Notes under the pieces: model-generated | Told to the model about the DNA's origin: nothing | The model's input: the letters and a program-made list of their open reading frames with translations, nothing else | Databases searched by the model: none | Translations under genes and position numbers: made by a program | NCBI GenBank assembly: GCA_013360215.1 | Contig: JABWCP010000003.1 | Span: 1 to 64,000, forward strand | Origin: a bacterium | GTDB taxonomy: Bacteria; CLD3; SB21 | Direction: 5' to 3' | Length of the DNA: 64,000 nt | Part shown: piece after piece, positions 26,297 to 37,984 of the stretch | How the letters are laid out: each line of letters begins with the position of its first letter | Numbering within the stretch: the stretch's first letter is position 1

Positions 26297-27622
26297 TTAG
26301 GCAATCCGATTTAATAGTTTTTTCAATTCAGGTCCGATGCGGTGGCGCACCGATTCATCGTCCAAAGTTACCATGCGCCGGTCTTTCATCAGCACCTTTC
26401 CATCCACCACGACCGTACGGACATCCGTACTTTTGGCTGAGTAGACAATTTGCGAATACAGGTTTTCCTCCGGGCGGGAGTGAATTTCATCCAACTGCAT
26501 GATGATCAGATCGGCGCGTTTGCCGGTTTCAAGGCTTCCGATTTCATCCGACAAACCCAATGTTTTTGCACCGCCCAAAGTGGCCATAGTATACACTTCT
26601 TCCGCCGTGATCGAGCGCGGGCCGAGACGCGGTTTCTGCAAAAGTGCAGCCAGTCGCATTTCCTGAAACATATCCAAATTATTATTGCACGGAGCGCCAT
26701 CCGCACCTAAGGATACCGTCACACCAAGACCCAGCAATTCGGGAACATGGGCTATGCCCGAGCCGAGTTTGAGATTAGACGAAGGGCAATGCATCACTTT
26801 GGTGCCGGTATCACGCAGGATATGGCGTTCTGTTTCATTGAGGTGAATGCAATGCGCAAGGCACAGCCGCTCGCCGGTGAGGCGTATATCATGAAAATAT
26901 TCGACATTGGGCGTGCCGCATTTTTTGATCACTTCGGCCAGTTCGCCGCGGTTTTCAGACGCGTGCGTATGCACCAGCAGGCCGTATTCTTCGGATAAGT
27001 CACGCACTTCGCAAAGTAATTCTTCACTGCACGAGAGCACAAAGCGCGGCGCGAAGGCAAACCGTAGGCGCCCGTCCGAGCGCCGATGCCAGTATCGCAT
27101 GAGATGCAGGCTCTCTTCGACAGACCATGCCCGCGTTTCGATCAACCCTTTGGGCGCACCGGGACAGTCGTCCATCATCGCTTTGCCGCACAACGCACGA
27201 ATTCCGGAACGGTCCATCGCTTCAAAAATATGATCCGTATGATGCACCGTGCCCATATCCATGATCGTCGTCGTGCCTCCGCGAATCAATTCCGTTAACC
27301 CCATTTCTGCCGACAGCCGGATGGAAGCCGGGTTATGCGCCGCTTCGAAAGGCCAGATTTTAAGCTTGAGCCAATCAAGCAGTTCGAGATCATCGGCTAA
27401 ATTACGGAACAGGGTCTGACAAAGGTGAATATGTGTCTGTACGAAGCCGGGCGCAACGATACAGCCTTGGGCATCAATGACCCGCACGCGGGATCCGGAC
27501 GGTACGCGAATTTTTCCGATCTTGCGAATGATGGCGCCGTCAATGAGAACATCGGCTTTGACGATGTCCCGGGCGGAATTCATCGTAATCACAGTGCCGT
27601 TTTTGATAAGTGTTAATGCCAT
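26297..27622 (-). CDS. Amidohydrolase, 5'-deoxyadenosine/MTA-SAH deaminase family
   Basis: PGFVQTHIH, HTHASE, AHCIH, HCPSSNLKL, GADG. Confidence 0.88.
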   Translation of the reverse strand: MALTLIKNGTVITMNSARDIVKADVLIDGAIIRKIGKIRVPSGSRVRVIDAQGCIVAPGFVQTHIHLCQTLFRNLADDLELLDWLKLKIWPFEAAHNPASIRLSAEMGLTELIRGGTTTIMDMGTVHHTDHIFEAMDRSGIRALCGKAMMDDCPGAPKGLIETRAWSVEESLHLMRYWHRRSDGRLRFAFAPRFVLSCSEELLCEVRDLSEEYGLLVHTHASENRGELAEVIKKCGTPNVEYFHDIRLTGERLCLAHCIHLNETERHILRDTGTKVMHCPSSNLKLGSGIAHVPELLGLGVTVSLGADGAPCNNNLDMFQEMRLAALLQKPRLGPRSITAEEVYTMATLGGAKTLGLSDEIGSLETGKRADLIIMQLDEIHSRPEENLYSQIVYSAKSTDVRTVVVDGKVLMKDRRMVTLDDESVRHRIGPELKKLLNRIA

Positions 27623-27701
27623 AATTTTTATTTATGTGCTTGTCGGATTAGCTCTTTTGAATACTCAGAAACGGAGTCTGAGATGACAAGCCGGTTTGTT
27701 T

Positions 27702-28478
27702 TTATGATCGTGTAAGTGCATGGAGCAAAATGCCGCATGATACTGCCGCATTCAACGATTCACCGCGGCCATATTTTTCGATGGCCATCAGCTGAATGGG
27801 CGCGGATCGAACTTCATCGGACAATCCGTGCGCCTCGCTTCCGATGATCAACGCCCAGGGCGCGAGCATCTTCGGCGGTATTTTTTCGCCATGCATATCC
27901 GCCGCCAAAACGGTGTACTTTTTTTTCAATAACGTTTCGATCGTTGTACGGAGTGAAGCATTTTCCACTATATGCAAACGAAAGATACTACCCATTGTGG
28001 CCCGCACGGCTTTAGGGCTGAAAGCCTCCGCGCAGGAAGGACTCAAATACACATGGTCCACGCCAAACCAATCCGCACTGCGCAACATCGTTCCCAGATT
28101 ACCGGGATCTGCGATCTGATCAAGGATAAGGACATTACCCAAAGATGCTCTGCCATTTTCGTCTATCGCAGCAGGTTTTCTTATCGCGGCGACGATACCT
28201 TGGGCATGCTCCGTATCCGAAAGTTTTTTAATATCCAGACTGGAAGCTAACCATGTGCTAGCGCCAAATTTCTTCTTCAGAAATTCCGCAGCCTGCGGAT
28301 GAGCTTCCAAAAAGGGTGTGTCCACGGCGATCCATTCGGCTTCCCATCCGGAGGATGAAAATTCCTCAAATAACCTGACACCTTCGATGTGAAATAATGC
28401 CTTTTGTTTCCGGGTGCGTTTGTCGAGCACTTCGGAATATTCTTTGACTTGCAGTTTGGTTAGACGCGGAAAAGGCAT
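27702..28478 (-). CDS. TrmH/SpoU family RNA methyltransferase
   Basis: DPGNLGTMLRSA, IGSEAHG, ESLNAAVS. Confidence 0.92.
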   Translation of the reverse strand: MPFPRLTKLQVKEYSEVLDKRTRKQKALFHIEGVRLFEEFSSSGWEAEWIAVDTPFLEAHPQAAEFLKKKFGASTWLASSLDIKKLSDTEHAQGIVAAIRKPAAIDENGRASLGNVLILDQIADPGNLGTMLRSADWFGVDHVYLSPSCAEAFSPKAVRATMGSIFRLHIVENASLRTTIETLLKKKYTVLAADMHGEKIPPKMLAPWALIIGSEAHGLSDEVRSAPIQLMAIEKYGRGESLNAAVSCGILLHALTRS

Positions 28479-28512
28479 CGTTTAATTTTTAAGAACCGTA
28501 AAAAGAAAGGAC

Positions 28513-28926
28513 TCAGACCAAAACGCGGCGCGAACTTTTTTCGTACCACGCACGGATAAAATCAACGACATCCGATGTGGATGTGCCGGGACCGAATATT
28601 TTTTGAACTCCTGTTTTCTCCAGTGCGGCGGCATCTTCATCCGGTATGATACCTCCGCCGATAACTAACACATCATCGAGTTCGGCCTCTTTGATTTGTG
28701 TCATTATTTTAGGAAAGAGGGTCATGTGCGAACCTGAAAGAATGCTTAACGCAATTACGTCCACGTCTTCCTGCAACGCCGCCTGCACGATCATCTCCGG
28801 CGTTTGACGCAGACCGGTATATATGACTTCCATGCCGGCATCCCGCAATGCGCTGGCAATGATTTTGGCACCACGGTCATGACCGTCTAAGCCGGGTTTG
28901 GCCACTAAAACTTTGATCGGTTTCAT
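28513..28926 (-). CDS. Methylmalonyl-CoA mutase cobalamin-binding subunit (stand-alone C-terminal domain)
   Basis: [22 protein letters not shown]. Confidence 0.93.
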   Translation of the reverse strand: MKPIKVLVAKPGLDGHDRGAKIIASALRDAGMEVIYTGLRQTPEMIVQAALQEDVDVIALSILSGSHMTLFPKIMTQIKEAELDDVLVIGGGIIPDEDAAALEKTGVQKIFGPGTSTSDVVDFIRAWYEKSSRRVLV

Positions 28927-28933
28927 ACAAAAC

Positions 28934-29734
28934 TCACTTATGTTTCCAACTTCCGATATATTCTACAAGCGATTTTATCTGTGCTTCATCCAGCGGACCT
29001 CCGGCGCTTTTGGCAAAACCGCGCATCATGACATTGGACGGCGATCCTTTGGCGATACGCTCCTGCAGCAGCGACGCATCCGCACGATTGAGAAATTCAC
29101 CGCCACGCAAAGGCTGCGCTACGGCGCCGCGACCGTCTGCACCGTGACACATCGCACACGACACATCAAATAAATCTTTACCAAACTTTCCAACACCGGG
29201 TTCGACATGGCAATTAGCACATTTGCCTTCGAAATACGAACCGTGCATATCGCCTTCGACTTCCGGATGCATGGCGCTGGATTTTTTCATCCCGCCGGTA
29301 TGAGCGGAACCGTTACCTTCGACTTTGACGACAAGATTGAGCTGGGTGACGGGATTATCGGCGCTATTGGAAAAAACAGTAATCGTTTTGTGAATGTTTC
29401 CGACTTTGCCGCGTGAATTGAAGGTTGCTTTGATCTCGCCCTTACCGTTCGGCGGTATGATATCGGAACTGAGTAAAGCCGCCGTACAACCACAGGATGC
29501 TTTGACGTTTTGAATTTTGAGTGTGTCATCGCCGGCATTGGAAAAAGAAAAAACACCATCTACGATATCGCCTTCCCGTATTACGCCAAGGTCTAATGTT
29601 TCCGATGCAAAAACAATACGTGCTCCCTTTTTACCATCCCGAGGTTTAGTGGATAATTTTGTATTGGATGACAAAAAAAATCCTAAGGCGAACAAAACAC
29701 CCGTAAAAAAAAGTAATGAAATTTTTTCCCGCAT
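28934..29734 (-). CDS. DUF1573 Ig-like domain fused to c-type cytochrome region (two CxxCH)
   Basis: N-terminal TM; ASCGCT DUF1573 motif; CANCH and CAMCH. Confidence 0.8.
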   Translation of the reverse strand: MREKISLLFFTGVLFALGFFLSSNTKLSTKPRDGKKGARIVFASETLDLGVIREGDIVDGVFSFSNAGDDTLKIQNVKASCGCTAALLSSDIIPPNGKGEIKATFNSRGKVGNIHKTITVFSNSADNPVTQLNLVVKVEGNGSAHTGGMKKSSAMHPEVEGDMHGSYFEGKCANCHVEPGVGKFGKDLFDVSCAMCHGADGRGAVAQPLRGGEFLNRADASLLQERIAKGSPSNVMMRGFAKSAGGPLDEAQIKSLVEYIGSWKHK

Positions 29735-30073
29735 AATTTTAAATCAATTTAAAGTTCCCATGAAGAGATTTTGGTTACCTGTAAAAATACGTATTCACTA
29801 AAATACATGCAAGTCTTAATGTTTACAAAAGTTTACGTATATAAAAAAACAAACCCAAGCGTCAAATATTCAGTTAATGACACCACGCTTATAAATAAAA
29901 GCTAATTGCCAATTCATAAAACGAATAAAAACTTAACCACTTAACTCAATTCTAAAATGTGGCAAATTCTGAGCCAATACTACATATCATCGTTGCTTTT
30001 AGCTCGTGAATGAAATATCTTAATTTGAGCAAAAAGCGAGCCAAAAGAATTCACATTAGTAGTATGTTAAAAC

Positions 30074-30832
30074 ATGGCGATAATAACCACAGAAGCGGTG
30101 ATATTGCGGTCAATGCCGTATCGCGAAACGAGCAAGATCGTCACAGCGCTGACCAAAGATCACGGCAAACTTAGTCTTATCGCACGCGGGGCGCGCGACA
30201 CCAAAAGCAAATACGGCGGAGCGCTGGAGCTTTTTAATCATATCTCGGTCATTTATTACGAACGCGCCAATCGGGATATGTTTTATATATCCGACGCGTC
30301 GGTTATTCGCGGGTTTACTCATATTCAAAAAGATCTCTCCCGCACCTATATCGCGATGGCAATTTTGGAGATGGCTAACCGCGTCGTGCACGGCAACGAA
30401 GAGCATCAAGGATTTTTCGAATTGATCCTGCAAACGCTCGCCGGACTGCATGAAGAGCAGCGTCCTAAAAACGGGTTGCTTTTTTTTCTGATGGCGATGG
30501 CCGATAATTTGGGATTTACGATGGACTTTGAGAACTGTGATTTTTGCGATAACCGTGTTAAGAATAAAGACATCCTGCGTTTCAATTCCGATCGCGGAAG
30601 ATTAGTTTGCGGCGAATGTCCGCGTGAATTTCACGTACACGATACGCCGGCATTATCCAAAGAAAGTATCGCCGTGATGGCGCATCTGGCGCGGTGCCGA
30701 GGTCGCGGCGTGTATAATCTGACGATCAGCGAACGCAGTACTCAGGAAGTATTTCAGGTATTACTTCAGCACTTGCAACGTCATATTGACGAATTGCGGA
30801 CGCTTCAAACTTTGGCGTATTTACGATTATGA
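30074..30832 (+). CDS. recO: DNA repair protein RecO
   Basis: YRETSKIV..LT..HGK...ARGAR; CxxC...CxxC zinc finger. Confidence 0.93.
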   Translation: MAIITTEAVILRSMPYRETSKIVTALTKDHGKLSLIARGARDTKSKYGGALELFNHISVIYYERANRDMFYISDASVIRGFTHIQKDLSRTYIAMAILEMANRVVHGNEEHQGFFELILQTLAGLHEEQRPKNGLLFFLMAMADNLGFTMDFENCDFCDNRVKNKDILRFNSDRGRLVCGECPREFHVHDTPALSKESIAVMAHLARCRGRGVYNLTISERSTQEVFQVLLQHLQRHIDELRTLQTLAYLRL

Positions 30833-31446
30833 AATATTGGTTCATTATAACGTACACAACTTTGTTGAGTTGTACAGCGCTGACTGAAAAAGAAGACCTG
30901 CCGGCCGGCGAAAAACCGGACCGCCCCGGGCAGGAAGGTTGGAACTCGGTGGCCGTGTTTAGCTCGGGCGGCGTGAAAGACGCAGAATTACATTTTGCAC
31001 ACATGCAGAAATGGGATACCAAACAATTGACGACTTTTCGAAACGGACTGCGCGTGGAGTTTTTTGAAAAAGGCACGCACAGCGCGACACTGACTTCGGA
31101 CAGCGGCGAAATTCGCTCCAATACCAATAATCTTTTCGCCTATGGCAATGTCGTGATCGTTTCCGACAGCGGCGTATCCATGCAAACCGAAAAAATTTAT
31201 TGGGATCATCAGAAACAACGCATTTTCGCCGACGGACTCGTCACCATGACGACCGACGAGGATACGTTACGCGGGTACCAGTTCGAATCCAATAAAGATT
31301 TGACCAACTGGAAAATGAAAAATGCAAGCGGTCGTTCGGCACGGGATATTGATCTGCGTACAGGTACCGTCAAGCCCAAGACTACACGCCGTAACGATAC
31401 GGAGCTTGATAAGGAGATGGACGCCATGATCAAGGAGCGTCCGTGA
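30829..31446 (+). CDS. lptC: LPS export protein LptC
   Basis: Lipoprotein-like LLSC; beta-jellyroll motifs (GNVVI, TEKIYWD); synteny with lptA/lptB. Confidence 0.85.
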   Translation: MKYWFIITYTTLLSCTALTEKEDLPAGEKPDRPGQEGWNSVAVFSSGGVKDAELHFAHMQKWDTKQLTTFRNGLRVEFFEKGTHSATLTSDSGEIRSNTNNLFAYGNVVIVSDSGVSMQTEKIYWDHQKQRIFADGLVTMTTDEDTLRGYQFESNKDLTNWKMKNASGRSARDIDLRTGTVKPKTTRRNDTELDKEMDAMIKERP

Positions 31447-32630
31447 GATCCTTTTGCTACTTCATCATATTCTTATGCTTCTTCGCGGTGGCGCATTCTC
31501 TTTGGGCACAGCAAAATGAAGATTACAAGCCGCTCAAACTGGATGAGGCCGACGAAATCGAAAACCAGCGCATTGACGGCAAAGATGTGATGAAGGCACG
31601 CGGCGACGTACGTTTTTCGCATGACACATTGACGGCGACGTGCGATCAGGCTGCTTTTTTTCGCGAAATGCAGACGGCGATCCTCATCGGCAACGTGGTG
31701 CTCAATGACCGCCACCGTACGATTTACTGCGAAAAAGCGCGTTATTACGCCCGGCAAAAAAGAGCCGTATGCGAAGGCAATGTGATTTTCGTAGATCGCG
31801 CAACGACACTGGTGGCCGATTCGCTCGTGTACTTTACCCAAAGCGAACAATTAACGGCGCAAGGTCAGGTTGTGATTTACGACAGCACAGAAGAAATGAC
31901 CATGTATGGCGAACGCGGATTTTATGATGCTAAACGTAGATATGCGAACGCGACCGGACACCCTTATATGATCCAATTTGACAGTACCCATTATAAAGGT
32001 CAAAATATCGCCCGCCTGAGTCGCGGCATATATACCCAGCCGCCGCGTGACAGTGTAACCGGTAAACCCGTGCGTTTTTCGCCGGATGAACAAATCACGG
32101 CGCGCGGGCTTTTCGTCGAAGTATATCAGGACAGCCATCTCGTCGATGTGCGCGACAGCGTGGAATTTTTACGTGAAAAACTTCGAACCACATCCGGCAA
32201 AGCGCGTTATCACACCAAAAAAGAATTTCTGACGCTGCAGAAAGAACCGATCGCCGATTATGCACTCAACCGTATGGTCGGTGATTCGATGATCGTTCAG
32301 TTTCGCAAACGCGCGATCGAAACCATGTATGTCATCGGAAATGCCATAGCCACTTCGTCGGTGGATACGCTGGGCACGATGGTCAATACGCTCCAAGCCA
32401 AACAAATCACCATGCATGTCAAAGATAAACACCTGGATGTGATGGAAGCGCAGGGAAATGCGTATAATGTATATTATCTCGAAGGCCGGGAGGGCGCCAA
32501 TCGCATATCCGGTCCTAACATGAGTTTGTTTTTTGATACCAAAGGAAAATTACGTAATTTTCGCGTGGATGGCGGAGCCGAAGGCACCTATTTTCCCGAA
32601 AACCTGAAGAATCGAATCGAAAAACCATGA
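31443..32630 (+). CDS. LptA/OstA-like periplasmic protein (long form)
   Basis: Signal peptide; repeated GDV/GNV jellyroll strands; lies between lptC and lptB. Confidence 0.8.
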   Translation: MRSFCYFIIFLCFFAVAHSLWAQQNEDYKPLKLDEADEIENQRIDGKDVMKARGDVRFSHDTLTATCDQAAFFREMQTAILIGNVVLNDRHRTIYCEKARYYARQKRAVCEGNVIFVDRATTLVADSLVYFTQSEQLTAQGQVVIYDSTEEMTMYGERGFYDAKRRYANATGHPYMIQFDSTHYKGQNIARLSRGIYTQPPRDSVTGKPVRFSPDEQITARGLFVEVYQDSHLVDVRDSVEFLREKLRTTSGKARYHTKKEFLTLQKEPIADYALNRMVGDSMIVQFRKRAIETMYVIGNAIATSSVDTLGTMVNTLQAKQITMHVKDKHLDVMEAQGNAYNVYYLEGREGANRISGPNMSLFFDTKGKLRNFRVDGGAEGTYFPENLKNRIEKP

Positions 32631-33430
32631 GCGAAACCGTACAACACGAACAACCCAGTTTACCGGCATTGGCCGATTATATTGATCACCAATCGGATCA
32701 GAAAAAAACATTGCGTGCCGAGGGATTGCTCAAACGCTACGGCAGCCGCACCGTCGTCAATGGCGTGAACGTACAGGTCACGCAGGGTGAAATCGTCGGA
32801 CTTCTCGGTCCTAATGGCGCCGGAAAAACCACTACGTTTTACATGATTACGGGTATGATCAAGCCTAATCACGGCTCGGTCTTTCTTGATGAAAAAAAGA
32901 TAACCACGATCGCCATGTACCGCCGTGCACAATTAGGCGTCGGCTACCTTGCGCAGGAAGCTTCCATTTTCCGAAAGCTCTCCGTCGAAGATAATATCAT
33001 GGCCATCCTCGAGACGCTGCCCTTGAAACGGAAAGCCCGTCGCGAGCGGCTTGATCAACTGCTGGAAGACATGCGCATCACGCACATTCGCAAGAGTAAA
33101 GGTTATGCACTTTCCGGCGGCGAACGGCGGCGCACCGAAATCGCACGTGCCCTGGTCACCAATCCGCGCTTTCTTCTTCTGGACGAACCTTTTGCCGGCA
33201 TTGATCCGATCGCCGTTGAGGACATCCAGTCCATCGTGCAAGGGTTAAAATCACGCGGCATCGGTATTCTCATCACGGATCACAACGTGCACGAAACCTT
33301 GGCCATCACCGACCGCGCATACCTGCTATTTGACGGACGCGTACTCAAAAGCGGAACGGCACAATTTCTGGCCGACGACCCCGAAGCGCGTAAATTGTAT
33401 CTCGGCGATAAATTCAAATTGAGGGATTAG
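32627..33430 (+). CDS. lptB: LPS export ABC ATPase LptB
   Basis: GPNGAGKTT, LSGGERRR, DEPFAGIDP, TDHNV. Confidence 0.96.
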   Translation: MSETVQHEQPSLPALADYIDHQSDQKKTLRAEGLLKRYGSRTVVNGVNVQVTQGEIVGLLGPNGAGKTTTFYMITGMIKPNHGSVFLDEKKITTIAMYRRAQLGVGYLAQEASIFRKLSVEDNIMAILETLPLKRKARRERLDQLLEDMRITHIRKSKGYALSGGERRRTEIARALVTNPRFLLLDEPFAGIDPIAVEDIQSIVQGLKSRGIGILITDHNVHETLAITDRAYLLFDGRVLKSGTAQFLADDPEARKLYLGDKFKLRD

Positions 33431-33439
33431 ATCAGGATT

Positions 33440-35110
33440 ATGGCACAGGGGATGAAACAAATACTCAGCCAGCAAATGAAGCTGTCACCACAACAGGTGA
33501 TGCTATCCAGCTTGCTGCAGTTACCTATCACCGCGCTGGAACAACGGCTCAAACAGGAGCTAGAACAAAACCCGTTGCTCGAAGAATCGCAGGAACTCGA
33601 AGAACTGCAAGACGAGGAAATGGAACTCGAACAGACGCAAGAAAAACCTGAACTGAAACAGGAACAGGAAAAACCCGAAGACGTGGCCAAAGAGGAAGAA
33701 GTTGCTATCCAGGCAGAAAAAGACAAAGAGAAAAAAGAGGAAGAAGAAGTCGATTGGGCCAAAATCCTCAACGACGACAGTTCGTTTGAGATACGAATGC
33801 CCCGCGGCCAGGGCGAAGACGACGATGATCAGGAATGGATCCAACCGGACAAAATATCGCTCAGCGATCATTTACTCGAACAACTGCGGTGGACTTCGCT
33901 GACTGAAGAACAACGCCGTATCGCGGAATATATCATCTGGAATCTGAATGAAGACGGATATTTTGTGATGGATGATCCGCTCACCGGCGAAACACCGATC
34001 GCCGATGAAGTGCAGCGCTTTACCGAAGCCGTTGGTGAATTTCGTGACGATACGTTGCTGGCCGATAAACCGGACGAACCCGCGGAAGAATCTGAACGCA
34101 AAACGACACATAGAAAAAAAACAACACCTAAAATTGATGCGGTACAATTCGTCGCGGATGAATTTCAAACCACGGCCGAAGCCGTCGAAAAAATATTAAA
34201 AACCATCCATACGTTTGATCCGCCGGGCATCGGTGCGCGCCATCTCAAAGAGTGCATTCTGATCCAGCTGTATCGGCGTAAAGAATCGGACGGATTTTAT
34301 CAAAACGGCACGGATATCACTATACGCATCATGCATGAAGCCTATGAAGATTTTATCAATCGCCGGTACGATAAAGTCGCTAAAATGCTAAATATTCCCA
34401 TAGACGCCATCAAACACAGCATCAGCGAAGTACTTTCGATCAATCCCAAACCCGGCGAAGGATATATTACGCCGGAACAAAACTATATCACGCCCGATGC
34501 CGCCGTCAAAAAAATCGACGGCAAATTTGAAATCATACTCAACGATTACGATGTGCCCCATCTGCGTATCAATAATGCTTACAAACGGATGATGCTGGAG
34601 CGCAATAAAACGGGCAAAGAAACCAAAGACTTCATCAAGAATAAACTCGAAGCCGCAAAGTGGCTTATCAATTCGCTCTACCGTCGCCGGGATACGATCT
34701 ATCGTACGATCGAGTCCATCGTCGAACTGCAGCAGGAGTTTTTTGAAAAAGGCGTCCACCACATCAAGCCGATGAAACTTGAAGATGTGGCCGTACGTAT
34801 CGGTATGGATATTTCGACGATCAGCCGTGCGACCAACGGTAAATACGTCCAGACCGATTACGGCGTATTCGAATTAAAATATTTCTTCTCCACGGCCATG
34901 ACCAACAGCGACGGTGAAGACGTCTCCACCAAACAGATCAAAACTTTATTGAAAGAGGTTATTGATCAGGAGGACAAACGCCATCCTTACAGCGATGAAG
35001 AATTGGCTAAGGTCCTTACCGAACGCGGTACGCCGATAGCACGGCGCACGATCACCAAGTACCGCGAGCAAATGATGATCCCCTCGGGGCGTCTCCGCAA
35101 ACAAATCTGA
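33440..35110 (+). CDS. rpoN: RNA polymerase sigma-54 factor
   Basis: Gln/Leu-rich region I, NPLLE, STISRATNGKY, RpoN box ARRTITKYRE. Confidence 0.96.
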   Translation: MAQGMKQILSQQMKLSPQQVMLSSLLQLPITALEQRLKQELEQNPLLEESQELEELQDEEMELEQTQEKPELKQEQEKPEDVAKEEEVAIQAEKDKEKKEEEEVDWAKILNDDSSFEIRMPRGQGEDDDDQEWIQPDKISLSDHLLEQLRWTSLTEEQRRIAEYIIWNLNEDGYFVMDDPLTGETPIADEVQRFTEAVGEFRDDTLLADKPDEPAEESERKTTHRKKTTPKIDAVQFVADEFQTTAEAVEKILKTIHTFDPPGIGARHLKECILIQLYRRKESDGFYQNGTDITIRIMHEAYEDFINRRYDKVAKMLNIPIDAIKHSISEVLSINPKPGEGYITPEQNYITPDAAVKKIDGKFEIILNDYDVPHLRINNAYKRMMLERNKTGKETKDFIKNKLEAAKWLINSLYRRRDTIYRTIESIVELQQEFFEKGVHHIKPMKLEDVAVRIGMDISTISRATNGKYVQTDYGVFELKYFFSTAMTNSDGEDVSTKQIKTLLKEVIDQEDKRHPYSDEELAKVLTERGTPIARRTITKYREQMMIPSGRLRKQI

Positions 35111-35145
35111 AATGAACCTAACTATTTTCATGAAGGAACGACGGC

Positions 35146-36939
35146 ATGAATTATCGGATCGTTATGTGCGCAGGCCTGCTCCTGGCCGGGCTTGCGAGCG
35201 AAGGACGTGCAAGCATGAATAAACCCTCCATCGAATACACCTTGCGCATGCCCGCGCCGCATACGCACTATTTCGAAGTGACGATGACGATGCAAGGCAT
35301 AAAAAAAGATTACATTGACATTATTATGCCCGTATGGACGCCCGGTTCATACAAAGTGCGTGAGTTTTCAAGGAACGTGGAAAACGTGCGCGCCACGTCG
35401 GGTTCGCAATCTCTGCGCGTTGAAAAAATTTCCAAAAACACATGGCGCGTGTTTTCCGGTAAAACGGAAAATGTCGCCGTAAATTATGCCGTATATGCCT
35501 ACGAACTCAGCGTCCGCACAAGCTTTATGGATGCCTCGCACGGTTATGTCAATGGCGCCAGTGTTTTTATGTATGCCGACGGATACCAAAATCTGACCCA
35601 TACCGTGACGATAGAACTTTACAAAGAGTGGAAGCATATTTCGACCGGCCTCAAACCGGTATCCGGCAGTACTCACCGATTTGTCGCGGATCATTATGAT
35701 GTCCTTGTGGATTCCCCCATCGAAATGGGTAACCACAAAATTTTAAATTTTGAATTGCAAGGCGTGCCGCATGAAATTGCCATCTACGGCATCGGTAACT
35801 ACGATACCGAAGCGATGCTTCGAGACATGCGAAAAATTGCTGAAACAACCGCAGCCATGTTCGGTAAACTGCCTTTCGAACGGTATGTATTCATCATTCA
35901 CTGCGTACCCGGTTATGGCGGCGGACTGGAGCATGCCAATTCCACGACGCTCGGCATGGATTCGTGGTCTTTTGCCGATGCGGCAGGTTATAATAGCTTT
36001 ATGTCGCTCACCGCGCATGAATATTTTCATCTTTGGAATGTCAAACGTATCCGCCCGAAAGAACTCGGCCCGTTTGATTATACGTCAGAAAATTACACTA
36101 AACTGTTATGGATTGCCGAAGGATTTACCGCATACTATGATGATCTGATCACACGGCGTGCGGGATATTATACGGTAGATCAGTATTTGCGTCGCATCGA
36201 AGGTAATATTCAGGAAGTCCAATCCGCACCCGGACGTTTTGTTCGCAGTGTCGAAGAAGCCAGTTGGGATGCATGGATCAAATATTACATGCCGGATGAA
36301 AATTCGGTGAATTCGTCCATTTCATATTACACTAAAGGCGCCCTGCTCGGCCTGATGCTGGATATGGAAATCCTGCGTGCCACGCGCGGCGAAAAAAGTT
36401 TGGATGATTTGCTGCGTTGGCTTTGGACTGAATACGATCAGAAACTCGGGCGTGGTTTTACACCGGAAGAATTTCAAAAAGCCGCCGAACGTTTGGCCGG
36501 AACATCCCTCGACATGTTTTTTCAAAACTACGTTCGCGGTACGGCCGAATTAGATTATAATGCGGCATTACAAACGGTCGGCTTGCGCGTAAAAGAAATC
36601 AAATCCGATGCCCCGTATTATGGTTTTGAAACGCGAAATAACGGTGAATTTACGATACGTACCGTTGTTAGAGATGCTCCGGCATGGCATGCAGGACTCA
36701 ATGTGAACGATGAAGTGCTCGCCGTGGACGGTATTCGTGTAACCGCGCGAACTTTGCAAGCTCGTCTGAATGAAAAGAAGATCGGAACCTCCGTCCGCAT
36801 ATTAATAGCACGGGATACCCAACTTCAGGAAATCGTCATCACGCCCTCCGAAATGCCGGCGCGGTATCGTTTAGAGCGCGTAAGTGAGCCGACGGCACAA
36901 CAAGAACAAATTTTTAAAAAATGGTTAAACCTTAATTAG
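35146..36939 (+). CDS. M61 glycyl aminopeptidase with PDZ domain
   Basis: Signal peptide, [39 protein letters not shown]-terminal PDZ. Confidence 0.92.
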   Translation: MNYRIVMCAGLLLAGLASEGRASMNKPSIEYTLRMPAPHTHYFEVTMTMQGIKKDYIDIIMPVWTPGSYKVREFSRNVENVRATSGSQSLRVEKISKNTWRVFSGKTENVAVNYAVYAYELSVRTSFMDASHGYVNGASVFMYADGYQNLTHTVTIELYKEWKHISTGLKPVSGSTHRFVADHYDVLVDSPIEMGNHKILNFELQGVPHEIAIYGIGNYDTEAMLRDMRKIAETTAAMFGKLPFERYVFIIHCVPGYGGGLEHANSTTLGMDSWSFADAAGYNSFMSLTAHEYFHLWNVKRIRPKELGPFDYTSENYTKLLWIAEGFTAYYDDLITRRAGYYTVDQYLRRIEGNIQEVQSAPGRFVRSVEEASWDAWIKYYMPDENSVNSSISYYTKGALLGLMLDMEILRATRGEKSLDDLLRWLWTEYDQKLGRGFTPEEFQKAAERLAGTSLDMFFQNYVRGTAELDYNAALQTVGLRVKEIKSDAPYYGFETRNNGEFTIRTVVRDAPAWHAGLNVNDEVLAVDGIRVTARTLQARLNEKKIGTSVRILIARDTQLQEIVITPSEMPARYRLERVSEPTAQQEQIFKKWLNLN

Positions 36940-36949
36940 GATCACCGCT

Positions 36950-37891
36950 ATGCGAATAGTCGTTACCGGCGGCGCCGGTTTTTTAGGCTCTCACCTTTGC
37001 GACCGGCTTTTGGCCGAAGGACATGAAGTCATCGCCATTGACAATCTGATCACCGGCAGCGTGGATAATATTTCGCACATCCGCGATAAACGATTCACGT
37101 TTATCCATTATGATGTGACCAACTATATTTACGTCGAAGGCCCTGTGGATTTCGTGTACCATTTTGCAAGCCCCGCAAGCCCGATTGATTATTTAGAATT
37201 ACCCATTCAGACGCTTAAAGTGGGTTCGCTCGGGACACATAAAGCGCTGGGTTTGGCCAAAAGTAAAGGCGCCGGTTTTTTGCTCGCCTCGACTTCGGAA
37301 ACATATGGCGATCCGTTGATCAATCCGCAACATGAAGAGTACTGGGGCAACGTCAACCCGGTAGGCCCACGCGGCGTATATGACGAAGCCAAACGATTTG
37401 CCGAGGCGATGACGATGGCCTATCATACATTTCATAAAGTTGATACGCGCATCGTACGGATTTTTAATACCTACGGACCGCGCAATCGCCCTAATGACGG
37501 GCGCGTTGTGCCGACGTTTATCAATCAGGCAATTCGCAATCAGCCCATTACCGTTTTTGGCGAAGGGAAACAAACGCGCTCTTTCTGCTATTGCAGCGAT
37601 TTGATTGACGGCATCTATCGCCTGAGTCAATCCAGCGAACACTATCCCGTCAATATCGGAAACCCGCACGAAATGACGGTGCTTCAGTTTGCTCAGCTTA
37701 TCATCCGACTGACCAATAGCAAAAGTGAAATCGTATATCGTCCTTTACCTAAAGACGATCCGACGGTTCGCCGCCCGGATATCAGCAAAGCCAAACGGCT
37801 TTTGAACTGGGAGCCTACTGTAGATATCGAAACCGGATTGCTAAAAACGATTGAATACTTTTCTGAAAAAATGAAACGCGAAGGCAAATAA
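36950..37891 (+). CDS. UDP-glucuronate decarboxylase-like SDR
   Basis: [35 protein letters not shown]. Confidence 0.92.
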   Translation: MRIVVTGGAGFLGSHLCDRLLAEGHEVIAIDNLITGSVDNISHIRDKRFTFIHYDVTNYIYVEGPVDFVYHFASPASPIDYLELPIQTLKVGSLGTHKALGLAKSKGAGFLLASTSETYGDPLINPQHEEYWGNVNPVGPRGVYDEAKRFAEAMTMAYHTFHKVDTRIVRIFNTYGPRNRPNDGRVVPTFINQAIRNQPITVFGEGKQTRSFCYCSDLIDGIYRLSQSSEHYPVNIGNPHEMTVLQFAQLIIRLTNSKSEIVYRPLPKDDPTVRRPDISKAKRLLNWEPTVDIETGLLKTIEYFSEKMKREGK

Positions 37892-37926
37892 AAATTTCAC
37901 GCGTTGCACTTACAATTGATCCAATA

Positions 37927-37956
37927 AAAAGACCTGCTTGAAAGAGCAGGTCTTTT
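37927..37956. terminator. Bidirectional terminator between convergent genes
   Basis: AAAAGACCTGCT...AGCAGGTCTTTT. Confidence 0.8.
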
Positions 37957-37984
37957 GTTTTTTTAAAATAATTTTCAGAAACAC

